A DNA stretch of 11,506 nucleotides from Promethearchaeia archaeon (GTDB lineage Archaea > Asgardarchaeota > Lokiarchaeia > Sigyniarchaeales > SOKP01). The DNA lies in NCBI GenBank assembly GCA_046497275.1, contig JAWOFX010000040.1, forward strand, positions 1-11,506, given 5' to 3'. The translations under genes and the position numbers were made by a program. The notes beneath the pieces are model-generated. The model made no database searches. It was not told the DNA's origin and saw nothing but the letters and a program-made list of their open reading frames with translations. Of the stretch, positions 1 through 6,927 are shown piece after piece (position 1 is the first letter of the stretch; every line of letters begins with the position of its first letter).

Positions 1-770
1 CCAGGTCCTCCTGGAGGGACATACCATGGAAAATTGGTTCTACAAGAGATCGCATTTGCTTTCACTACTACATAATCATCGCCATGCGCATAACTTGGAG
101 CCATTTCTGGAGTGGTTAATATTAATGCCGCTGCTCCGTCGGACATTGCACAGCAGTCGAAGCGTCCAAGGGGATCCGCAATCATAGGTGCTCTCATAAC
201 TGTATCGACATCTACTTTACTTCTGAAATGAGCTTTAGGATGATAATATCCGTTCTCATGGTTTTTCACCGCTACTCGAGCGAGATCTTCTTTAACCCAT
301 CCAAACTCCTTAAAACTCCTTGTTGCTGCCATTGAAAACATTGCCGGAGCTGAGGGAGTTGGAAAGACCGGATGGCCAAAAATTCTAAATCCGGGAAGTC
401 CACTCGAACCTTCATCCATTAGTTTTTCAACACCGCAAGCCATTACCACGTCGTAGGCACCGGATGCTATCGCAAAACACGCATTCCTAAAGGCATCCAT
501 TCCAGATGCACAGTAATTTTCTGTTCTTGTTACTGGTTTACCTCCCAATTTTAGAATATCTTCAACGGTAGAACCAGATAACCCTGTAAAGTAATAGAAT
601 ATTCCCACCCACACAGCATCAATATCGTCCTTAGTTATGCCTGCATCGTCATACGCACCATGAGCCGCTTCATAAAGTAAATCATACTGATTGTAATCCC
701 ATAATTCCCCGTATTTCGTCGCATCTGCTCCAATTATTGCTACTTTATCTCTAATTCCTTTTCTCACCAT
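1..770 (-). CDS. Thiolase (acetyl-CoA C-acyltransferase), SCP2/archaeal type; 5' part only, runs off the left edge
   Basis: Not in the ORF track. Manual translation from ATG 770-768 stays open for 256 codons to the window edge: MVRKGIRDKVAIIGADATKYGELWDYNQYDLLYEAAHGAYDDAGI...PVTRTENYCASGMDAFRNACFAIASGAYDVVMACGVEKL...KNHENG..HPKAH...LGRFDCCAMSDGAAALIL. It shows the thiolase nucleophile motif ENxCASG and the DC..SDGAAA motif. The C-terminal catalytic motifs lie outside the window. Confidence 0.9.
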   Translation of the reverse strand, partial: MVRKGIRDKVAIIGADATKYGELWDYNQYDLLYEAAHGAYDDAGITKDDIDAVWVGIFYYFTGLSGSTVEDILKLGGKPVTRTENYCASGMDAFRNACFAIASGAYDVVMACGVEKLMDEGSSGLPGFRIFGHPVFPTPSAPAMFSMAATRSFKEFGWVKEDLARVAVKNHENGYYHPKAHFRSKVDVDTVMRAPMIADPLGRFDCCAMSDGAAALILTTPEMAPSYAHGDDYVVVKANAISCRTNFPWYVPPGGP

Positions 771-771
771 T

Positions 772-2232
772 TTATATTTCACCTCCAACTATATCAGGTC
801 GTCCCCGAACGGGTCGACATTTCCAATAATAATTAATAAAGTCCGCACCTTCATGTTCCTTTCTAAAGGTTAGCTCAACTTTCATACCTATCTCAACATT
901 CTTTTCGGGATTTTCAATTTCTGTCATATTCATTAACACTCTTCCTCCCCCTTCTAAATCAATTACACACCGAGGGACAGGAGTGTCATAATAATTTCCA
1001 CCTACAAGATGATCAAGAGTAAAAGTAAAAATCTCACCCTTATATGAAAGCTTAATTTTCTCTAATTGACCATCTGTTTGACAGACATAACATGATTTAT
1101 GGTTTACTGGATATTGAATTGCTCCACAATTTTTACATTTTAATCCATAATTTCTATATACAGAATCTGCATCCCGCCATATAGTGACTGCTGAGCTTTT
1201 TCTTGTGTATCTATCCTTTTCTAATAACTCTTTATTATCTAAGAATCTATTATAATTTTTTACCTGTTCCATAGATTTCTGATGACCGTTCAAACCAAGT
1301 CTTGTTTTACCAAGATCTCTTACAGCTTTTCTGTCTCTCACTTTCATTAAAATAGCGTCAGCTCCATCTCCATATCCTACCATCAAAATATTGGCATCTT
1401 CTTCTGGTCGTCTTAAGGCTCCGATCAATAACATCATAGGCATTGGAGTACCAGTATCACCAATTTGGAAGAACATTCCATTTTGAGCAACCCCTCGTTC
1501 AAATTCCATTCTCTTCGAGATACCCGCATGCATTTTAGGATTATTATAATAGTAGGCGGCATGATGAATTTCTTTAGGACTTAAATTATTTTTTTCCAAG
1601 ATTTTATTCATAACGGTTAGAAGACTCTGCATATAAAATTTAGAATCCATTTTAACCTCAAACGTCCGAATAAATTCATCTTTCTCTCTCCTTTTCCAAG
1701 GTCCAATGATATTTTTAGCAATAGAATATGTATCTTCAATAGATATTGGGATATTTTCATCATTTGCAATTAAAAGAGCGCCCGCACCATCAGCAAATCC
1801 ATATTCCCACATAGTTTGTGGTTCTGGTTCTCTTTGATCAGCAGCAAGAACTAAAATACTATTTATATCATCATTTGCTTTAATCGTCTCATAAGCTCGT
1901 GCAACAGCCGTTGTTCCTGCTTTAAGTGAATCTGTAAAATCTGCAGTAACAATATCATCACGCAAATCTAAAACTGCTGAAATAATCGAAGCAGAATCCT
2001 TCTCAGTGTATACTTGCGTTGTAGTTGCATAATATAACCCATCAACTGATTTGGGATCAAAACCAGCAAGACAGTCAAGTCCGGCTTCCACTGCCATAGT
2101 CAAACTGTCCTCATCTGCTAAAGCGAATGCTTTAGTCCCTGGTACGACCGGAAAATCCCATGCATTAGCAATAGCTTTTCGAGGCAAAAGATAGCGAGGT
2201 AAATAGGCTCCATATGATTTTATTCCAATCAT
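772..2232 (-). CDS. HMG-CoA synthase/KAS III-fold domain (predicted non-catalytic) fused to a C-terminal DUF35 (Zn ribbon + OB fold) acyl-CoA-binding domain, 486 aa
   Basis: The N-terminus follows the HMGCS pattern (MIGIKSYGAYLPRY, DEDSLTMAVEA, KAGT, GDGA, GYGDGADA). The C-terminus has C366xxC369...C381xxC384 followed by GEIFTFT...VIDLEGGGRV...VEIGMKVELTFRK...YYWKCRP, typical of DUF35. Confidence 0.85.
   Translation of the reverse strand: MIGIKSYGAYLPRYLLPRKAIANAWDFPVVPGTKAFALADEDSLTMAVEAGLDCLAGFDPKSVDGLYYATTTQVYTEKDSASIISAVLDLRDDIVTADFTDSLKAGTTAVARAYETIKANDDINSILVLAADQREPEPQTMWEYGFADGAGALLIANDENIPISIEDTYSIAKNIIGPWKRREKDEFIRTFEVKMDSKFYMQSLLTVMNKILEKNNLSPKEIHHAAYYYNNPKMHAGISKRMEFERGVAQNGMFFQIGDTGTPMPMMLLIGALRRPEEDANILMVGYGDGADAILMKVRDRKAVRDLGKTRLGLNGHQKSMEQVKNYNRFLDNKELLEKDRYTRKSSAVTIWRDADSVYRNYGLKCKNCGAIQYPVNHKSCYVCQTDGQLEKIKLSYKGEIFTFTLDHLVGGNYYDTPVPRCVIDLEGGGRVLMNMTEIENPEKNVEIGMKVELTFRKEHEGADFINYYWKCRPVRGRPDIVGGEI
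779..786 (-). promoter_or_regulatory. Shine-Dalgarno site (GGAGGTGA) for the thiolase, embedded in the last codons of the upstream gene
   Basis: The minus strand reads GGAGGTGA-AATATAAA-ATG. The site is 8 nt before the thiolase ATG; the upstream TAA and the ATG are separated by 1 nt. Confidence 0.7.
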
Positions 2233-2266
2233 TTATCTTTATTCCTTTTGTTATTTATTTTATTTA

Positions 2267-2274
2267 TTTTATAA
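2267..2274 (-). promoter_or_regulatory. Putative TATA box of the HMGCS-like/thiolase operon
   Basis: TTATAAAA on the minus strand about 35 nt before ATG 2232, with AAGGA in the short predicted leader. The AT-rich context makes chance matches likely. Confidence 0.4.
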
Positions 2275-2365
2275 TTAAATATCTAATATATTTTGAAATG
2301 TTGAAGGATAAAAATATTATCACATTTTTCAAAAAAACTAAATAACAATGAAATTAAGAAGAATA

Positions 2366-3253
2366 TTACATTTTACAACTTCTTATTTCTTCGGCGAATG
2401 ATATTTGTATTGTAGATTCCGTAATGTTATATTTGTGGTGTACATAATCTATAACATGTTGGAGAAGCTCATCTTGATTAACATCTCTTTTTATTTGAAT
2501 GTGTGTTGTAAGAACTAATATCGCCGGAGTTATTGTCCATAAATGAGTATGATTCACTTGCAAGATATCTTCAAAATTTTTTTCCAAATCTTCCTCAATT
2601 ATCTCCACATTCAAATCACTGGGGGCCATCTCAAGTAAAATTCTCCCAGAATCTCGTAAAATATTTACAGCCCAAGATATAATAAGCCCAGCAATAAGAA
2701 AACTGATCAATGGATCAAGAAATGAAAATTGGGTGAAATAAATGATTATAGCAGCAATTACAACCCCGACTGAAGAAATGGCATCTCCAATCATATGATA
2801 AAATACTCCTTTAATGTTTAGATCTTCCTTAGGACTTCCCTGTAAAATCAATATGCTCGTAATATTAACAGCAAGACCAATTAATGCGACAAAAATCATA
2901 TATATTATATCTATTTCAACAGGGTTCAGTAAACGTTCTATTGCTTCAAAAAGAATAAAGGCCACCATAACTAACAAAAATAATCCATTTATAAAAGCTG
3001 CAAGGATTTCGGCTCTATATAGCCCAAAAGTCCTATGGTGACAAGTAGGTTTTTGTGCTAAATAAATCGCAAATAAACTAATACTAATAGCAAAAGCGTG
3101 AGTAAACATATGTCCTGCATCAGTTATGAGTGCTATGCTATTAGCTATTAATCCCCCCAAAAGTTCGATAATTAATACACTAACAGTAATTACCAATGAA
3201 ATAATTAACCGTTTTTTTTCTACTTCTCTATATTCGAAAATCCTATCTTTCAT
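2366..3253 (-). CDS. Cation diffusion facilitator (CDF) divalent metal exporter, CzcD/ZitB-like overall, 295 aa
   Basis: Six hydrophobic segments, SxALxxDAGH in TM2, TFGLYRAEILAAFING, HMIGD in TM5, DP motif in TM6, and a C-terminal domain with HTHLW...HIQI...STIQ. Confidence 0.93.
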   Translation of the reverse strand: MKDRIFEYREVEKKRLIISLVITVSVLIIELLGGLIANSIALITDAGHMFTHAFAISISLFAIYLAQKPTCHHRTFGLYRAEILAAFINGLFLLVMVAFILFEAIERLLNPVEIDIIYMIFVALIGLAVNITSILILQGSPKEDLNIKGVFYHMIGDAISSVGVVIAAIIIYFTQFSFLDPLISFLIAGLIISWAVNILRDSGRILLEMAPSDLNVEIIEEDLEKNFEDILQVNHTHLWTITPAILVLTTHIQIKRDVNQDELLQHVIDYVHHKYNITESTIQISFAEEIRSCKM

Positions 3254-3333
3254 ATGTGCATGATTTTTTGATGTAATTTAAAACCACCAATACCTGTTCT
3301 GCTAATTAATGGAGAGCGATCAGATTTTTAATT

Positions 3334-3347
3334 ATTATTATAATAAT
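3334..3347. promoter_or_regulatory. Palindromic TATA-like element ATTATTATAATAAT (possible bidirectional promoter for the CDF gene and the adjacent structured element)
   Basis: Perfect 14-bp palindrome containing TTATAAT on both strands. The same heptamer lies 22-25 nt before the ATGs at 5025 and 11386. It is AT-only, so weak evidence. Confidence 0.35.
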
Positions 3348-3378
3348 TCATAAAATTAGTTAGTTATTTTGAAAGAGT

Positions 3379-3505
3379 GGCTCCTGTTCGGTTTAATAGG
3401 CGTCAAAAAGGAAAAAAGACACCAAAATAAAAGAATAAGGAGAAGAAAGTGTGCGTTTAGCAACACTAACCAAAAGACAAAAATCCAGGGAACCTTACAG
3501 GAGCC
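3379..3505. ncRNA. Candidate structured RNA (alternative: MITE with 15-bp imperfect TIRs)
   Basis: 51/127 nt are G+C (40%) in very AT-rich flanks. The ends GGCTCCTGT-TC-GGTT (3379-3393) and AACC-TT-ACAGGAGCC (3491-3505) are complementary at 13/15 positions. Internal hairpins at 3399-3423 (GGCGTC/GACACC) and 3450-3467 (GTGTGC-GTTTA-GCAACAC). No Rfam family recognised. Confidence 0.45.
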
Positions 3506-3529
3506 TTATTTTTTATTTTTTCCTTTTTT
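3506..3529 (+). terminator. U-tract terminator-like run directly after the structured element
   Basis: TTATTTTTTATTTTTTCCTTTTTT (three T6 runs) begins at the first base after the terminal stem. Confidence 0.35.
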
Positions 3530-3925
3530 GTCCAAATTTTTTATTTATAAGATTTAATGGTAATTTTTTGTATAAAATCTTTATTATTATTAGATAAGCA
3601 AGCATACCAAAATTTTTAAACCTCTCTCTTATCAAATATTAAACAACTCATTTCAAAATTTAGCAAATTCAATTTTTATAATAATATGCAAATTTATAAT
3701 CGATATTCTTATCTTCTCTTATTTCAAAAGGGAATGTTTCGAGGTTCAATATTTCTTATTTTTTTGGTCTATATTTGGAATAAATACTTCAAAATTGTAA
3801 AAATAAATAAATCATATTTGTAATATTTTAACTAATAAAAGTATGTTTTAGTGTAAAAAATTCAAATTTTTAAAAGCTAAAAATATCAATTTATTAGAAT
3901 ATTATATTCATGAGAAGAGATAAAA

Positions 3926-4204
3926 ATGAATTATTGTCCGGAATGTGGATCAAAGATAGAAGCCAATTCTAGTGTTTGTAGATATTGCGGGTTTGTATTA
4001 AAAAAATCTGAAGCTCCAAATGAAAAAGATAAAAGAATAGAGGAATTGGAAAAGAAAATTGCTCTCTTAGAAAAAAATAAGACATCAACAAAATCTTTAG
4101 GTGATAATGAAAATTCTCCATGGATATTCATTATGCCAATTGCGGTGGTAGCAATTTTTTTCCTTTTTATCTTCTTGATAGTATTTGTCGCTACCAGCAG
4201 ATAA
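3926..4204 (+). CDS. Zinc-ribbon protein with short coiled coil and C-terminal transmembrane anchor, 92 aa
   Basis: CPECG...CRYCG at the N-terminus, heptad-like EKDKRIEELEKKIALLEKNK, and a hydrophobic WIFIMPIAVVAIFFLFIFLIVFVA segment followed by only TSR. Confidence 0.8.
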   Translation: MNYCPECGSKIEANSSVCRYCGFVLKKSEAPNEKDKRIEELEKKIALLEKNKTSTKSLGDNENSPWIFIMPIAVVAIFFLFIFLIVFVATSR

Positions 4205-4230
4205 ATTTCATAAAAAATCCTTTTTAAAAA

Positions 4231-5025
4231 CTAAATTATACTTCTTTTTTGAGGAGATAAATTCTCCAAGCCAAATACTTTAATAATTCGAATATCCATA
4301 AAAATATAAAAAGCACTAACCAATATAATTGAGATTATAGATATTTCATGAGAAGTTACCAAATCGTAAGAGATATGAAGAATTATTACCATTAAAACAC
4401 TGCCCTTAGACCAATTAAAAAGAAATGTTAATACTATAGACCCAGAAAGCATTAATGGAAACATAAGAAGTAAACCATAAAGCAGATTAAATCGATAAAA
4501 AAATGTTGGGAAATGCCAAAACCACCAAATAATAGTCAGAAGTAAAGTTGAAATAAACGCATTAAACCGTGTTTGAAATTTAGGTAACAAAAATCCACGC
4601 CACCCGATCTCTTCAAAAAAGCCATAACAGAAACTTGGTAATAAAAATATTATAAAGGTAAGAATGGAATCAATAGAATTTTGAACTAAAAAGGTTGAAA
4701 GATTAAAAGATCCAAAAAGAGATTCAAACAGCAATACAACAATTAAAATTAAAAGAGGAGAAAATGCAAAAAGCAATATTTTCCATCCAGAATATCTTAA
4801 CACTCTTTCTTTTAATAATAATAGTCCTTCTTTTTTGTTAGAAAGATAGATCGCGATTATTCCTCCAATTGTAGGACCAATCGAACCCAAGGAGTGCCAA
4901 ATTTCGCGTTCGACAAAATTTAAATCATTATATAGTGCAGCTAATGGAAATAAAATCAACCAAGTAATAAAATAAGAAATTGAGATAAAAACAATTATGG
5001 TTAAATTTGAGCTTGATTTTTTCAT
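4231..5025 (-). CDS. CPBP family (Abi/Rce1-like, CAAX type II) intramembrane glutamic protease; start probably 5025 (ORF track start 5034)
   Basis: Multi-TM protein with EEIGWRG (EExxxR), WWFWHFP (xxxxH) and ILHISYD (HxxxN/D). The TATA-like box at 5047-5053 fits a leaderless start at 5025 better than 5034. Confidence 0.9.
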   Translation of the reverse strand: MKKSSSNLTIIVFISISYFITWLILFPLAALYNDLNFVEREIWHSLGSIGPTIGGIIAIYLSNKKEGLLLLKERVLRYSGWKILLFAFSPLLILIVVLLFESLFGSFNLSTFLVQNSIDSILTFIIFLLPSFCYGFFEEIGWRGFLLPKFQTRFNAFISTLLLTIIWWFWHFPTFFYRFNLLYGLLLMFPLMLSGSIVLTFLFNWSKGSVLMVIILHISYDLVTSHEISIISIILVSAFYIFMDIRIIKVFGLENLSPQKRSII

Positions 5026-5046
5026 AAGCTTCATACAATTATTGCA

Positions 5047-5053
5047 ATTATAA
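5047..5053 (-). promoter_or_regulatory. Putative TATA box of the CPBP gene
   Basis: TTATAAT on the minus strand about 22 nt before ATG 5025. Confidence 0.4.
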
Positions 5054-5098
5054 GAGAAAAATGAATTTTAAAATTAAATAATTTAGAATTTTTTAAAG

Positions 5099-5118
5099 CG
5101 TCATTAGAGTCGTCATTA
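5099..5118. repeat. Direct repeat CGTCATTA x2 with 12-bp period
   Basis: CGTCATTA at 5099-5106 and 5111-5118, the most GC-containing stretch in the ilvD-CPBP spacer. Confidence 0.5.
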
Positions 5119-5137
5119 TTAGTTCTAAGGAATCTTT

Positions 5138-6805
5138 TTAGATTCTCAATATTGCTCCTTTATCTGCGGAGGTGACTAATGCCCTATACTTTAAGAGAGT
5201 CTTACTTGTTATTTCTTTTTCGATTGGAATCCATTTTTCAAAGCGATTTTCTATTTCTTTTTTCTCCAGTTTAACATCTAAACGACGATTGGGAATATCT
5301 ATTTGTATCATATCACCATTTTGAATAATAGCAATTGTTCCTCCTACATAAGCCTCAGGAGAAACATGTCCAATACATGGACCCTCGGTCGCGCCTGAAA
5401 ATCTTCCATCAGTAACAAGAGCAACTTCATCCATATCCTGCCTTAGCATCAAGTTTGCTGTCATCGCCACTAACTCAGGCATACCTGGTCCTCCTTTAGG
5501 ACCTTCATATCTTATAATGATAACGTCTCCATTTTTAATTATATGTTTTGAGAGTGCCTGAATAGCATCTTTTTCTGAATTGAAAACTCTTGCTGGCCCC
5601 TCAAATTCTAACATATTTTTATTGGAAATGGCAGATTGTTTTACAACTGCTCCATTTGGAGCCAAATTACCTTTAAGAATAACTGTACCTCCTTGTTCAA
5701 AAACAGGATTATCTAAGGTTCTGATTATATCATCATCTAATACCTTTATTCTACGAATATTTTTCTTCAATGGTTTACCTGTGACTGTCAAACAATCTAA
5801 ATGTAAATAATCCTGGATCCTACTCAAAACTGCTGGGATCCCCCCAGCTTTATATAAATCCGAAGTTCCATACCTTCCCGAAGGAGAAACATTAACAATC
5901 ATAGGTATTTCTTTACTAAATTTATTAAAAATTTCTAAATCAAATTCAATTCCCATTTCATTCGCGATTGCGGGTAAATGTAATGCTGAATTGGTGGAAC
6001 CACCTAGAGCCACATCAGCTATCACAGCGTTTTCTAAAGATTTCTTAGTTAAAATTTTTGAGGCTGTAATATCTTCCTCCAATAAACTCATAATTTGTCT
6101 TCCTGAATTCTTTGCTATTACATATTTCATTCGAGTCATAGCTGGTATTGTGGAAGCATTAGGAAGTGTCATGCCCATTACTTCCATTAAACACTGTATG
6201 GTATTTGCTGTCCCCATAAATTCACATGCTCCGTAGGTGGCACCAGAAACACATTTTGTTTTTTCAAAAAAATCATCATATAATTTATTATCAATTCCCT
6301 TATAATTAGGGGAAAATTGGATTTCAAAAAGATTTGGTCCACCAGGTACACATATAGTGGGTATATTGAGTCTTATTGCTGCCATTAAAACTGCTGGATT
6401 TATTTTATCGCAACTTGATAGAGTTACTAGTGCATCTAATCTATGAGCTTCCACCATTGCCTCAATAGAATCAGCAATAATTTCTCTTTGGGGTAAAATA
6501 TATCTCATACCCACATTTCCATTCGCCCATCCATCGCAAGGAGCCACAGTACAGAATTCAAAAGGTAATCCTCCAGCCTCTATGATTCCCTCCTTTACGG
6601 CTGTCGCTAAATTATTCAAATGTTTATGTCCTGGATTCAATTCATTCCAAGTATTCAGAACTCCGATAAATGGTTTATTTTTCAATTCTTTTTCTTCTAA
6701 CCCCAAACCACTAATAATTCCTAGGGGGGCGAAATAGTATGGAGTATTCTTGATTAAATCAAAAATCTCGTTACTTCTCTTTTTTAAGTGAATAGTATCT
6801 TTCAT
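5138..6805 (-). CDS. ilvD: IlvD/Edd family Fe-S dehydratase (dihydroxy-acid or sugar-acid dehydratase; substrate uncertain), 555 aa
   Basis: KPFIGV..NPGHKHL, PC90DG, SC132DK, GAC194EFMGTANT, GGSTN..LHL, LKGNLAPNGAVVK, RYEGPKGGPGMPE, TDGRFSGAT, GHVSPEA. The symbol is family-level only. Confidence 0.9.
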   Translation of the reverse strand: MKDTIHLKKRSNEIFDLIKNTPYYFAPLGIISGLGLEEKELKNKPFIGVLNTWNELNPGHKHLNNLATAVKEGIIEAGGLPFEFCTVAPCDGWANGNVGMRYILPQREIIADSIEAMVEAHRLDALVTLSSCDKINPAVLMAAIRLNIPTICVPGGPNLFEIQFSPNYKGIDNKLYDDFFEKTKCVSGATYGACEFMGTANTIQCLMEVMGMTLPNASTIPAMTRMKYVIAKNSGRQIMSLLEEDITASKILTKKSLENAVIADVALGGSTNSALHLPAIANEMGIEFDLEIFNKFSKEIPMIVNVSPSGRYGTSDLYKAGGIPAVLSRIQDYLHLDCLTVTGKPLKKNIRRIKVLDDDIIRTLDNPVFEQGGTVILKGNLAPNGAVVKQSAISNKNMLEFEGPARVFNSEKDAIQALSKHIIKNGDVIIIRYEGPKGGPGMPELVAMTANLMLRQDMDEVALVTDGRFSGATEGPCIGHVSPEAYVGGTIAIIQNGDMIQIDIPNRRLDVKLEKKEIENRFEKWIPIEKEITSKTLLKYRALVTSADKGAILRI

Positions 6806-6927
6806 TTATATCATCTAAATTATTATTTCTAATCCATAAAAAGCTTTATTAAAATTACTCTTCAATATAGACTATCAAATTAGTTTATATTAATCCTAGA
6901 AGAATTTTAAACTAAAGAAAGGAAAGA

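Noticed and set aside
2366-2383. CDF C-terminus ...RSCKM as a CaaX substrate for the nearby CPBP protease
   Set aside because: The Cys is third from the end, not fourth, and nothing in the window indicates prenylation.
2814-3041. 75-aa plus-strand ORF
   Set aside because: Antisense shadow inside the well-supported CDF gene; no motifs.
3379-3505. tRNA, 5S rRNA or known riboswitch identity for the structured element
   Set aside because: No T-loop (GGTTCRANTCC) or anticodon arm on either strand; CCGAAC is in the wrong place for 5S; no recognisable riboswitch consensus core.
3369-3557. 62-aa plus-strand ORF (TTG start)
   Set aside because: Low-complexity K/R and F runs produced by A- and T-tracts; overlaps the structured element and has no SD.
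3669-3749. Short coding-looking minus-strand stretch (LNLETFPFEIREDKNIDYKFAYYYKN)
   Set aside because: Only 26 codons, bounded by stops, with no recognisable family; cannot be supported as a gene or transposase remnant.
3652-3866. TTCAAA recurring at 3652, 3723, 3788 and 3861 (65-73 bp spacing, CRISPR-like period)
   Set aside because: Similarity does not extend beyond 6-9 nt, the hexamer is common in such AT-rich DNA, and there are no cas genes in the window.
3931-4131. 66-aa minus-strand ORF
   Set aside because: Antisense to the zinc-ribbon gene, which has the better motif evidence.
5580-6236. 76-aa and 81-aa plus-strand ORFs
   Set aside because: Antisense shadows of the IlvD-family gene.
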